This document shows, one piece after another, positions 8,130 through 17,343 of a stretch of DNA of 32,000 nucleotides (positions are counted from its first letter, which is position 1; each line of letters opens with the position of its first letter). The notes beneath the pieces were generated by a model. That model ran no database searches. It worked only from the letters and a program-made list of their open reading frames with translations, and was not told the DNA's origin. Source of the DNA: Candidatus Saccharimonadota bacterium (GTDB lineage Archaea; Micrarchaeota; Micrarchaeia; Micrarchaeales; Micrarchaeaceae); contig OY970071.1 in NCBI GenBank assembly GCA_963705375.1, positions 120,001 through 152,000 on the forward strand, written 5' to 3'. The position numbers and the translations under genes were made by a program.

Positions 8130-9935
8130 ATGCCAAGACCTAGGTCCATAAAACGGCAAGCAGAAGATGCTGAACAACAGATACACATAGGTATCGTGCA
8201 CTCTTGGTCAAAGAAGAACGAAGAACTCGCAAAGGAGGGGTGGGAAGTGCTGCAAGATGCGAGCAAAGCGTTCGTAGAAGAAAAGGCAAAAGAGCGGAAC
8301 ACCAGGAACGCATATATCCTCTCCAAAGCAGAAAAAGAAATGGATAGTGCGTTTGCGTATCTTGAAGATAGGGTGAAGCACGGCGGAGGTGACGGCCTGC
8401 TGCTTGAGCACGAACAGAAACCTAGACTTGAATTAGCTAAACTTCCGGACGACAAAAAGGGCGAATACAAGGACCAACGCATAACAATAGACCCGCGAAA
8501 GATGAAGGAAGGGACCATATTCCGGGAGATGTACCATTTCTGGCAGGGCATAGTCCTGCCGCTTTCACTGTACGAAGCGCCGGATCTTGCTGACGCTCCG
8601 CCGCAACTATGGAGGATGAAAAAGTTGCACAGAAATACAAGTGGAAATCCGGACTTCGTTGAGGCGGGGGCAGCCTTCGCCGAGGCGGACTACTTGTATT
8701 TTTCGGGCAGGATGGGCAACGTGAACTACCTTGACGAGCCGGTAAGCGAAAAAACCAAGCTTAAGCTTTCAGTGATTTCGCGAATGATTCCAGAGAATAC
8801 AGACCCAGAACTTCAAGACAGGTATCCAGAACTTCAGAATCAAAAATTATATTATAACATCGAGATGCGCCCTGAAACCTTCCTAAATATACTGGCTGAC
8901 AGGATAGACTCTGTGTTTAGGCATGCAGACAAAGACATAGCGGCGTTCTACAATGCGATAGTTGAGGACATAATGTCAGAGATTCAGGCAAACAGATCGG
9001 GTGACAAGAGCTTGGGTCGCATGACAGCAATCCCGAATCCGGGACGCCTTGCTGCGAATTTTATAGCAGACATGGCAGACGAGCATCTGAGTTTTGCGAT
9101 AGCCGCGCTTGCTTTTGCATCTACGGGCTTCGACATAGACCGAACGTATGCTGTGCTAGAGTCTGCTCCTGAAGAGGTGCTGAGGGCCATAGCCGGCACT
9201 AATCAAGAAAGAGTCGCTGAAGTCAAAGGGATAATTGGCCGCATACTTCTTTCCACGGGCTACGAAGCGGATGACCTCTCAAGCGAAACACCTGGAGGCA
9301 GCACATACCTTCTAAGGAAAGCGCTGGAGAACGCACCAGAGGGCCTTGACGCTGGTGGCTGTGTCATGCTGTCAACGCCAAAGGGGACGAAAAAGGGCCA
9401 GAAGACTCCTAGCGCTGCGGAAAATGAAGAACTAGCGCTTGAAGATATGGGCCTCTTAGAGGCATTGAAGAAAATGGATGCTGATTTTGATGCAGAACTA
9501 CAAGAAGCCGGGACTCCTTCTAAATGTGACTCATTGCACGCAGATGGGGCAAGGCCCGTGCAAGCGAAAATGATGCTAGACGACCCGTTGCTTAAAGAGT
9601 GGCAGGATATGGATGAGGACCTTAAGCCGCAGGCAATCGGAGAGCAAGAGTTAACTGATGCTCATCTGGCGAACGAAGCTCTGCTGAGGCCACATGATGT
9701 GCTTGATATGCAGGTAAAGATGGGAGAACCTGCTCTGGCAAATGAGGAAGCAATGGATCTTCAAGGACAAGACCTGAACGAGCTACTCAGGGCATTTGAT
9801 CTCATGGGTGATGGTTCAGAGATGCCCCTCGAAACAATACCTCCGACTGTTGCAGATGATGCCTCTGAAAGACAATCGGAAAAACTGACAAACTTGACCC
9901 AAAACAAACGAACATCTGACTCGCATCAGCAATGA
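8130..9935 (+). CDS. family M paralog with degenerate active site (REMYH) and a long acidic C-terminal tail
   Basis: Aligns with the other M proteins over FVEAGAAFAEADYLYFSGRMGNVNYLDEP and AALAFASTGFDIDRTYAVLESAPEEVL. The first His of HExxH is Arg. The last 200 aa or so are rich in D and E. Confidence 0.75.
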   Translation: MPRPRSIKRQAEDAEQQIHIGIVHSWSKKNEELAKEGWEVLQDASKAFVEEKAKERNTRNAYILSKAEKEMDSAFAYLEDRVKHGGGDGLLLEHEQKPRLELAKLPDDKKGEYKDQRITIDPRKMKEGTIFREMYHFWQGIVLPLSLYEAPDLADAPPQLWRMKKLHRNTSGNPDFVEAGAAFAEADYLYFSGRMGNVNYLDEPVSEKTKLKLSVISRMIPENTDPELQDRYPELQNQKLYYNIEMRPETFLNILADRIDSVFRHADKDIAAFYNAIVEDIMSEIQANRSGDKSLGRMTAIPNPGRLAANFIADMADEHLSFAIAALAFASTGFDIDRTYAVLESAPEEVLRAIAGTNQERVAEVKGIIGRILLSTGYEADDLSSETPGGSTYLLRKALENAPEGLDAGGCVMLSTPKGTKKGQKTPSAAENEELALEDMGLLEALKKMDADFDAELQEAGTPSKCDSLHADGARPVQAKMMLDDPLLKEWQDMDEDLKPQAIGEQELTDAHLANEALLRPHDVLDMQVKMGEPALANEEAMDLQGQDLNELLRAFDLMGDGSEMPLETIPPTVADDASERQSEKLTNLTQNKRTSDSHQQ

Positions 9936-9984
9936 TGGCTGACATATGTTTTGGCGCTTTTTGCAAAATAACAACAGCAGGTAG

Positions 9985-9999
9985 TAGCGCCTAGCGCTA
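9985..9999. terminator. small hairpin between convergent genes, next to oligo-T tracts
   Basis: TAGCGC-CTA-GCGCTA, with TTTTGGCGCTTTTTGC about 25 nt upstream (9947-9962). Lies between the 3' ends of 8130..9935 and 10044..11285. Confidence 0.3.
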
Positions 10000-10043
10000 T
10001 TTGAAATTTACGCTCCTCGTCTTCTCTGTGCTTTTTTCGGCGC

Positions 10044-11285
10044 TCATCGCCAGACATCCAAGCTTTCTGAGATTGCGTCTGCCTTGCTTGAACGCTTGTC
10101 GCGACGCGCACTTTTGCGGCTTGTCTGGCAGCCCTCTTCTTGATTGAGGCTGCAGTTGGCCCGTGTGCCGACACTTGAAGAGTCAGCATTCCAGGTGGAT
10201 GTGTGCGGCATTATGTATGTTGCGTTCATCCCATTTATTTCGGCATTGCTGTAGCACAGTTGCACTATGAAAGCGCCGACTGGAGGATTAGCGCTGCTCT
10301 GCCCTACGCTGCGCTTGCCGCTGCCCATGAAGCAGCCGGGCTGCATGACGTAAACGCCACGGTCCTCTCCGTAGTACAAGGCATGGTAATGCCCGAGCAG
10401 CAATAGGTGAGGTACACGTATGCCGTCGCATCCAGCCTCATGCAGCGGATCCACCAAACCGGCGAGCTCTTGGCCCGGATAGTCTGGGACATATGTGGCT
10501 GCACGCTTCCTACCGCCGTGCAGCAGGCGGATCGTTATGCCATGGCTGATCACATCTGCACTGATGTCGCCTAAATTCTTGAAATTGTCAACCTTCTCTT
10601 CAAGCATGGCAAGAGGGTTCACGCGTCCCTTCTCAAAAGAAACGTCGTGGTTTCCGCCTATTCCCCAGAACTCAAGCCGAGGATGTCTTGCCAGTGCTGC
10701 CGCAGCTATGTCTATCTGGCCCTCAACGTCAGTCTTCAAAAGATCGAACTCCTGCCCGTTGTATATGCCAATGCCGTCCACAATGTCTCCGGCAACGTAC
10801 ACAGGGTTTATCTTAAGCCTTTCAAGTTCGCTCATCACTTCATGGAAAGACCGTGAAAGGTGGAACGCGCTGCCAAAATGGAAGTCGCTGGCGAAGCCGA
10901 TTCGCAGGGTCCGCTCTTTACCATCAGGGCCGCTTATGAAGTGAACCTTGCCCTCCGCCTTGCCATCCGCGGTCACGACCTTTATGAAGTATGACGCCTC
11001 GCTACCGTCTTCAGGCTTGATGGACTCGACATCGACGCCGCTACCACGCAGCAAACCTATGCAAAACCCGACTTCCTCCGTGGTTATGCCTAGCCTATCA
11101 GCCAATTGCTCTGCGGTCTGCGTGTTTGTCTTCAAGATGGATGTGAGCCCGCCCAAGAGGCCCGCATCAGCAAAACGCACTTCGCCGTCTTCTGTTCGCG
11201 AGCGCAAGCCTATGTGCGCTAGCGCGGAATAGTTTACTGTCTCTGCTTTGTGTTTGCTGCCTTTGTCGACACGTGCGTCCTCCAT
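10044..11285 (-). CDS. calcineurin-like metallophosphoesterase with N-terminal winged-helix domain
   Basis: Phosphoesterase motifs in order: SDFHFG, AGDIVDG, GGNHD, LLHGG, LLGHYH. The N-terminal TAEQLADRLGITTEEVGFCIGLLRGSG looks like an HTH. Confidence 0.8.
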   Translation of the reverse strand: MEDARVDKGSKHKAETVNYSALAHIGLRSRTEDGEVRFADAGLLGGLTSILKTNTQTAEQLADRLGITTEEVGFCIGLLRGSGVDVESIKPEDGSEASYFIKVVTADGKAEGKVHFISGPDGKERTLRIGFASDFHFGSAFHLSRSFHEVMSELERLKINPVYVAGDIVDGIGIYNGQEFDLLKTDVEGQIDIAAAALARHPRLEFWGIGGNHDVSFEKGRVNPLAMLEEKVDNFKNLGDISADVISHGITIRLLHGGRKRAATYVPDYPGQELAGLVDPLHEAGCDGIRVPHLLLLGHYHALYYGEDRGVYVMQPGCFMGSGKRSVGQSSANPPVGAFIVQLCYSNAEINGMNATYIMPHTSTWNADSSSVGTRANCSLNQEEGCQTSRKSARRDKRSSKADAISESLDVWR

Positions 11286-11461
11286 ATGCCCCTAATATAA
11301 ATCACCAAAGTCCCTTTTATTCGTTTCCTCCAACGACAAGCATGCAGAGTTCCCTTAGAAAAGAATAAATAAGTTAGATGTGATATATCCGTTGCCTCAT
11401 TTTCAGAATCGACGCCACGTTTGCATAAGGCAGCATCATCACAATAGATTTATTCCTGTGG

Positions 11462-12334
11462 CTAGAATCGGTCGCTGCTCTCGCCATCACGCCTCAGGTA
11501 CGTCATCAGCTTGCGGGAATAAGCCGCTTCCACGACCCCTATGGCTTTTTCTGCGTCTAAGGCGAGACCTGCCATCGAAGACAGCGTCTCTTTCGGAGTC
11601 GAATTCAGCACACAATATGCTCTGTCTACGTCAAAGTTGTTAGCAATAAACGCGAGTGCAGCGATGCTTCTGGCTATCCACGAGATACTAGGGGCGCCCA
11701 TTGCGCCATTAAGGGTACTGGCCAACCTTAAGAATAGAATGTTCGGTTCATTTCCGGAACACTCCAGCACTGCCGATGCCAATTTTTTCGCGACCTTGAT
11801 ATAATCCGATGTGATATCTGACGAATCTGTCTTCTTATGTCTCAAAACGCGCATGACGCTTCTGTCCTCATAGATCTCCGAAATCACTCCGAGTGCCTCG
11901 TCTCCGCTGACCTGTCCGTCTGGAATGCTCGCACCAGGTACTGTGCACGAGAAATAGCCGCAGTCTGCCCCTGCAAAGAATGCCGCAGCCTCTGTGAAGA
12001 GGTCGAAGGAAAAGGAGCAGCTCGCAGTATATGCGGGGTGCTTGAATCTGCCCTCGCAAAGATGGTGCAGTTCGTGACCAATCACGCTCTGGCAGCAGAG
12101 TCTTGTTTGCGTCTTTGATAAGTCAATAGTGATTTTCCCATTTCTTGAATCATAAATGCCATATATGTCTCCGGGCAGCTTCGCGAATGTCATTGCTGGC
12201 TTCTCGTCGAGCCACTCATCGGGCATCCGGTGGTTGTGGTGCGCGACTGCTATGTCTAGCATCTCTTGCGCCTGCACCTTAGACGGGCAGCTATGCTCAG
12301 CAGGACTTCCTGTTCTGAACAGCTGCATATGCAC
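11462..12334 (-). CDS. family M: ImmA/IrrE-like HExxH metallopeptidase-domain protein
   Basis: HELHH followed by TEAAAFFAGADCGYFS. The N-terminal AVAHHNHRM block and the C-terminal AALAFIANNFDVDRAYCVLNSTPKETL block are both shared with 6225..7283. Confidence 0.75.
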   Translation of the reverse strand: MHMQLFRTGSPAEHSCPSKVQAQEMLDIAVAHHNHRMPDEWLDEKPAMTFAKLPGDIYGIYDSRNGKITIDLSKTQTRLCCQSVIGHELHHLCEGRFKHPAYTASCSFSFDLFTEAAAFFAGADCGYFSCTVPGASIPDGQVSGDEALGVISEIYEDRSVMRVLRHKKTDSSDITSDYIKVAKKLASAVLECSGNEPNILFLRLASTLNGAMGAPSISWIARSIAALAFIANNFDVDRAYCVLNSTPKETLSSMAGLALDAEKAIGVVEAAYSRKLMTYLRRDGESSDRF

Positions 12335-12363
12335 AGAATCACTGCACCTTGCTCAGTTTTTTC

Positions 12364-12374
12364 AGATACTTATA
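12364..12374 (-). promoter_or_regulatory. TATAAGTATCT promoter core for 11462..12334
   Basis: Reverse complement of AGATACTTATA, 30-40 nt upstream of the ATG at 12334. Confidence 0.65.
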
Positions 12375-12450
12375 CCTGCTTTTAGCCGTTTGTCGGACAA
12401 ACTCGTGAAATATTCAGGATAAGTGCCTTCATAAATATGGCCATAATGGG

Positions 12451-12509
12451 CTTACAAAACAACAAACTTCTTCAATAAAACTGCCACAAAATGGCACGTA
12501 TAAGTATCT
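12451..12509 (+). promoter_or_regulatory. island promoter module for 12547..13044
   Basis: CTTACAAAACAACAAAC (12451-12467), GCCACAAAATGGCACG, TATAAGTATCT (12499-12509). Confidence 0.7.
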
Positions 12510-12546
12510 TGGAAATAAAAACATAGTATATAACATTGGCGTGTAG

Positions 12547-13044
12547 ATGGAAGCTAGTAAGAACAAAACAGGCCTGCAGGACGGGTGTATTCTCCGATTA
12601 GCCCGGATGGACGAGTGTATCCTCAGATTTGAGAAAGAAATACAGAGGCGAATTCACCTCTGGGATGATGTGAGAGAATGCCTCTATCCGAATGCAAAGG
12701 TCCCTGCTGTCGTAATTCAGATTCCTGCGGAACTTGCCGATAAAGCCTTTACGATCAACAAATCAGACATGTCCTTTGATGTCAATGTCTTAGATGCAGA
12801 AAAAGCGTATCTCGAGGGCATGGTGGAAATGAATAACGTGCTCAAGAAAGAAGCACACGATTTAATAGCTCTATTAGAACAAGGCAACAAGCCATACGAA
12901 GAGCTCGTGCAGTTCATGACAGTCGCGAGCGAACACACCCAAATGCGTCAAGGCACATACAATCCTTTTGTGCCAGAACACCTCAATCTCAGACTTAATA
13001 GTATTTTAGACCGTGCACTAAAAAAGAATCCAAGGATCATCTAG
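12547..13044 (+). CDS. hypothetical protein (165 aa)
   Basis: ORF about 40 nt downstream of a consensus island promoter (TATAAGTATCT at 12499-12509). Confidence 0.55.
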   Translation: MEASKNKTGLQDGCILRLARMDECILRFEKEIQRRIHLWDDVRECLYPNAKVPAVVIQIPAELADKAFTINKSDMSFDVNVLDAEKAYLEGMVEMNNVLKKEAHDLIALLEQGNKPYEELVQFMTVASEHTQMRQGTYNPFVPEHLNLRLNSILDRALKKNPRII

Positions 13045-13149
13045 CGGCGAAATAAAGTTGGCTATTGACGAAGAGGACAAACACTCCGCTTTCACAAACT
13101 ATCTCAAATCCCACAGCCCACAAACAAAGAATGATTAAGGGTGCGTCTC

Positions 13150-13896
13150 ATGGCTGCAAAAATATATCTGTTTCCCTCAATACACTTCGACAGTACTGAA
13201 GCAGATAGGCTCTCTGCATTCATAACTATGTTGGTGAACGCCGACATGAAGCCAGTTGTCGCACTTGAGGCACCGAACAGAGAGGAGTGGATTCAGTTCC
13301 TAGACAACATAGAAAAGCAGACTGCTGATGAAATTGAGACTGCGGCAAGCTCATCAGATTTCAAATACACATTCTCACGAATGCTTGCAATGCTCTCTGA
13401 GCAGAAACAAACAAACGATGTGAAGGTGATGCCCATTGACGTGGCGCATGTGCCGGAAATAGCAGATGAAGTTGATCTTCGAGGCTTCGAAATGGCAGAT
13501 CCCGTCCTTGCATGGACTCTCAGCATGCTAAAGACTGACGCGATGAGGGAAGAGATACGGAATCCGGAGATGCTAAAGAACATAAAGCATGTCTTGGAGA
13601 TTTACGCGGACTCGCCGATAGTGGCGATTACTGGCGCCATACACACCATATTCCTGCAGAAGGCACTAATGCAAGAGGGCTATGCTCCTGTGCTAATAGA
13701 GGAGATACCTGAGATAGCGTGGATAGAATGCGAAGCAGAAACAATCATCAACTCTCAGCATCCAGACTTAAAGCGCATTGCAGAGCGCTTTGTGGCGTTG
13801 ACGCAGTACGGCAGTTTCATGAGATGTGAAGGCACTAAGAAAGACCACGAAGACGAAACGAATGGAAATGTGCCTGCTCAGAAGCAGAAAAGTTAG
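13150..13896 (+). CDS. hypothetical protein, weak TraB/Tiki/GumN-like motifs
   Basis: IYLFPSIHF near the N-terminus and ITGAIHTIF later resemble the GTxH and GAxH motifs of that superfamily. Recognised by eye only. Confidence 0.5.
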   Translation: MAAKIYLFPSIHFDSTEADRLSAFITMLVNADMKPVVALEAPNREEWIQFLDNIEKQTADEIETAASSSDFKYTFSRMLAMLSEQKQTNDVKVMPIDVAHVPEIADEVDLRGFEMADPVLAWTLSMLKTDAMREEIRNPEMLKNIKHVLEIYADSPIVAITGAIHTIFLQKALMQEGYAPVLIEEIPEIAWIECEAETIINSQHPDLKRIAERFVALTQYGSFMRCEGTKKDHEDETNGNVPAQKQKS

Positions 13897-13936
13897 TCTA
13901 TTTCCTCCGACGCCCTAAGAAGTGGCACAAAAGGCG

Positions 13937-13945
13937 TTTATATCT
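13937..13945 (+). promoter_or_regulatory. promoter variant TTTATATCT for 13960..14654
   Basis: Preceded by GGCACAAAAGGCG, the same BRE-like block as at 6151-6165. ATG about 15-20 nt downstream. Confidence 0.5.
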
Positions 13946-13959
13946 GAAAACACACCTAT

Positions 13960-14654
13960 ATGCTGGGCGATAGGGTGATCTCCACTAAACCAATAACAGA
14001 GGAAAAGGAGACGAGAAACGCTAAGCTCATGGAAATACTGAAAGAAAACCCAGAAGCCAATAGGCTATGGGCCAAGTTGGAAGGAATCCCTGAAGGCAGT
14101 AAATACAAAATAATAAACTTTATATTCGTGGAGATACCGGACACAAGATTCTTTCATCCTAGAAGCCCTCTAAACGAAGAATGGAAAATGTTCTATGGGA
14201 ATTCATTGGATGACGCGCGATGCGAAGCGAGGCGCAGAACAGCAGGCATGCCACGAGATACGGCATGGTGCACAGCAGGAGGCACAATACTGATGCTGCT
14301 ATGTTAAGGGGATGGTATGTGGCCTTTGAAGCGGCACTTAAGGCAGCAATGGACGCAACCGAAGAAATAGCAGGCTGGGATGCATTGCTGCGAATAGGCG
14401 TTGGGGCGACTCCGGAAATTATAAAGGATGCTGTATGGGACTCTGCTCTGATAGCAGGATACCTTTTGGTAGAGGATGCATTGGATTTCAGCAGATACAA
14501 GGAAGATATCGGCAAGTTTGTGCTATCTTGCAAGGAAGTCTGGCAGAAAGGCTACGTACGACTATGTGATGTTGGTGGCACGCCTTTTGGCGGTGCACAA
14601 TGTATCTGTGTCAGGGCACCGGTGGGTTTGAGAACGCAGAGGAACCGAGCTTGA
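13960..14654 (+). pseudogene. family W gene split by a 1-nt frame change near 14280-14295
   Basis: ORFs 13960..14307 and 14220..14654 overlap in different frames. Together they reproduce the full W architecture: LWAKLEGIPEGSKYKIINFIFVEIP, then FFHPRSPLNEEW, then CKEVWQKGY. Confidence 0.65.
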
Positions 14655-14776
14655 AATAACTGCTTACTAAGCAACTTTGGCAGAGGGCTTTCTAAAAACA
14701 AGCTTTACAGAATCACGAACATTCCGCAACAAACTGCATAAAGAGAAAAATGTATATATTTGGAAAGCAGAAGATA

Positions 14777-15193
14777 ATGCGTGGTACTGTGTCTTCTAGA
14801 ACAAAAAAAGAGAGCAAGGCAAAAGCACCCAAAGAGGACGAGTATGTCATGGAATTCGTCCATCAAGGCGGGCCCGATCTTGCCATAACGTCCGATGCCC
14901 GTAACGTGGCTAAACTGTTATCAAATTTTACTGGACTGTCCGTGCACGAGGACTCGAACTGCCTAAACCTTGTTCCAGAAGGGTCAAGAAATAAATTATG
15001 GCCGATCTTTACGATAAGCGCAGAAGAGGGCAGAGGTGTTGTTGTCTCGTTTTTTGGTTGGAACGGTCCTGCATCAGAACAGAGGGCCATTCTTCGAAAT
15101 GTTGAAAATGCGCTGAATGCTCTAAGTGCTGATTTTGAAATAGATGGAAACGCGAACAGCATAGTGGTTCTACAGCCAAGACACGGAGGCTGA
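14777..15193 (+). CDS. hypothetical protein, family V
   Basis: Paralog of 3008..3469. TGTATATATTT at 14751-14761 sits inside the longer tracked ORF, so ATG 14777 (MRGTVSS) is the likely start. Confidence 0.65.
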   Translation: MRGTVSSRTKKESKAKAPKEDEYVMEFVHQGGPDLAITSDARNVAKLLSNFTGLSVHEDSNCLNLVPEGSRNKLWPIFTISAEEGRGVVVSFFGWNGPASEQRAILRNVENALNALSADFEIDGNANSIVVLQPRHGG

Positions 15194-15310
15194 GGAAATA
15201 GCAAAACTCTTTTAGAATTTCTATGATAGTGTTGGAATAATTATTAAATAGGTGCCAAAAGAGAAATCAACACCCATAAAGCATATAGTAAAAAATCGAA
15301 AAGTGAATGA

Positions 15311-15958
15311 ATGCCATTCTGGAACAAATCGCCTGAAGAGAAAAAAGCAGAAGCAAATGCCCAACTAGAACAGATGCTGAGAATAACCCCTGAGGAATGC
15401 AACGATAAGCTCAGAGACGTGCTGAAAGAATGCTCAAAGAAGGAAATCAAAAAGGCATATGGACTTTGGAAGGACCTGGAAGTGGACAGCATCCCTTACG
15501 ATAACAGGTGTGAAGTGAGTAGGTTCATATTTGCGGTGATCCCAAAAGCGCTTTTATTCAAATCAGAAGCACGCACCAGAAGCGGAGAAGAAATGTTCAG
15601 TGGAGATGTGCAAAAAACCTATGTTGTACCTGCCGAGATAACAAGCGAAGAGAAGGATGCCGTACGGAATGTGGCAGTGGAAAGTAATCGGTGGTATGCG
15701 TGGAGCATGGCAGGATACTGCGCACAAGATGCAGTATGGACAACAATACGGAGCACTTGCCCTGATGGGTTTAGCAGATTGAGCATAGACGCAGTCCTCG
15801 ATGCGGATTCAATGGCCGGATATCTGACATTGGCAGATCTGGACGGTCAGGCTTTCCCGAACAAGGCAGCGTACGCCGAGCATCTTATGGCATGCTGGGA
15901 GGTATGGCAGAAGGGCTTATGGCGGGAACGTTTGTGGGGCATTCTGCGATCTGATTAA
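15311..15958 (+). CDS. hypothetical protein, family W
   Basis: GLWKDLEVDSIPYDNRCEVSRFIFAVIP core and C-terminal CWEVWQKGLW. Confidence 0.7.
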   Translation: MPFWNKSPEEKKAEANAQLEQMLRITPEECNDKLRDVLKECSKKEIKKAYGLWKDLEVDSIPYDNRCEVSRFIFAVIPKALLFKSEARTRSGEEMFSGDVQKTYVVPAEITSEEKDAVRNVAVESNRWYAWSMAGYCAQDAVWTTIRSTCPDGFSRLSIDAVLDADSMAGYLTLADLDGQAFPNKAAYAEHLMACWEVWQKGLWRERLWGILRSD

Positions 15959-15989
15959 TAGCCGGGCAGAAGTCAGTTGCAGCCCTATA

Positions 15990-16420
15990 GCCGAAATTGG
16001 ATCTATTTCTGCTTCCATTCCATTTTAGTGAAATCGTACGAGTTCATGTTGGCAAAATGTGCAATTCCATAACAACGGAATGGAAATCCAATCTTGCAAA
16101 AGCATACGTTCCGCTTTTTTGGAAAACAGGCCGTTCTGGTTAAGCAACCGGTATTGAACGCGAAACATGCCCAAAGATCTTAGCGATTCCTCGAAGGACC
16201 TTTTTTAGCTCAATTTCATGGAACGTGCACAGCAAGTTTCCATGATTTCGGAACGCAGTCTCATAGCACAGGAATATACGCCAGTACGTCCTTCCCTCGA
16301 CAAAAAGTGCCCTTATTTTGCGCTATGCTGCACGATTCAATACACATATGGTATATTCTCCCTTTGCCGTATTGAAGCAGCTGGGAGCGAGTGTGAGAGA
16401 TTCTAACATTGATTAAGAAA
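15990..16420 (-). pseudogene. possible decayed DDE transposase fragment
   Basis: Minus-strand frames give protein-like pieces broken by stops and frame changes (GKDVLAYIPVL, YETAFRNHGNLLCTFHEIELKKVLRGIAKIF, NQNGLFSKKAERMLLQDWISIPLL). YETAFRN weakly recalls the RWxIExxFrxxK block of IS4-type transposases. Confidence 0.25.
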
Positions 16421-16446
16421 ATCTAAAAGAATCATATATTGACCTG

Positions 16447-17244
16447 CTATCTGCGTAGTAGCTCCCTTGTGGCCTGTTTAGCATCCTCTAAAGCTGCAAC
16501 CCACATCGGCGCAGTTGTGCCATCAAAAGGTATGTCATGCGCTTCTTCCAGGGTACTGCCGTTATTTCTCAGAGTTTCAGGATTTGATAGTAAGAGAGAG
16601 GGCTGTAAGAACTGTGCAATATGTATGTCGTGAGATATGATGCGCACAATGGCATACGTGGACTCCTCAGTCATAGTATTACAGTCCAGTATTGTCCAAA
16701 CAAGGAAGTCAAACATACTTGGCTGTAACAATGCAGGCAGCAACTCTAACCCGTCTTTCTCCCAATGCTTAAACCCGAACGTCAGAAGGGCATTCTTACG
16801 TTCATCTGGGAGCTGTCTTTCGTCAAGCAACTCCCAAAGCTTAAGTGCTTCTTGGTTTTCTGCCACAGTCTTATTCATGACATAGTTGCGCCTAATTGGC
16901 AGATTAGGGCCTATGTCTATGAGATAATGGTTCAAAGGTACGTAAATATCGGACTCCATTCCGCCGAAATACTTCACGGCAGAGAGGGCGTAACTTGCGT
17001 AGAACGAAGAATGTGGGTAATCTACCAGAGTGCGCCGGATGGCTGCTTCTACTTCTTCCAGAGTATTCCGCTTATCAGAAAGATCATACATTGCGCTGAT
17101 TGCTGCCTTGGCCACGTGCTTATTGCCCTTGTCTATTTCGCTTCTAATAAATTCCATCCATTCTTCGCGCAGGCTTTCTGGTGCCAAAGCAGCGACTTCT
17201 TTGAAGAGTGCGCTGTGCTTCTGTATATCTTTTTGAATGTACAT
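16447..17244 (-). CDS. hypothetical protein, family N (N-terminal domain only, lacks the W-type C-terminal half)
   Basis: Aligns with the first 260 aa or so of 21682..22914 (LAPESLREEWMEFIRSEIDKGNK versus LAPERLRGEWVEFIKSEIGTGNK; ALKLWELLDERQLPDERKNALL versus AMELWKVLEEKHVPNERKKNIL). Confidence 0.7.
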   Translation of the reverse strand: MYIQKDIQKHSALFKEVAALAPESLREEWMEFIRSEIDKGNKHVAKAAISAMYDLSDKRNTLEEVEAAIRRTLVDYPHSSFYASYALSAVKYFGGMESDIYVPLNHYLIDIGPNLPIRRNYVMNKTVAENQEALKLWELLDERQLPDERKNALLTFGFKHWEKDGLELLPALLQPSMFDFLVWTILDCNTMTEESTYAIVRIISHDIHIAQFLQPSLLLSNPETLRNNGSTLEEAHDIPFDGTTAPMWVAALEDAKQATRELLRR

Positions 17245-17284
17245 ATTGTGGGCACCTTAACGGTATTGCATCGGTCTATTAGCT

Positions 17285-17323
17285 TTCTCTCAAACTTGCT
17301 TGGAATTACTAAAACTCTTCAAG
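17285..17323 (-). repeat. hairpin repeat copy A (in the 5' leader of 16447..17244)
   Basis: TTCTCTCAAACTTGCTTGGAATTACTAAAACTCTTCAAG. Absent from the otherwise homologous leader of the paralog 21682..22914. Confidence 0.7.
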
Positions 17324-17343
17324 TAAATTTCTATCTACGCTTA

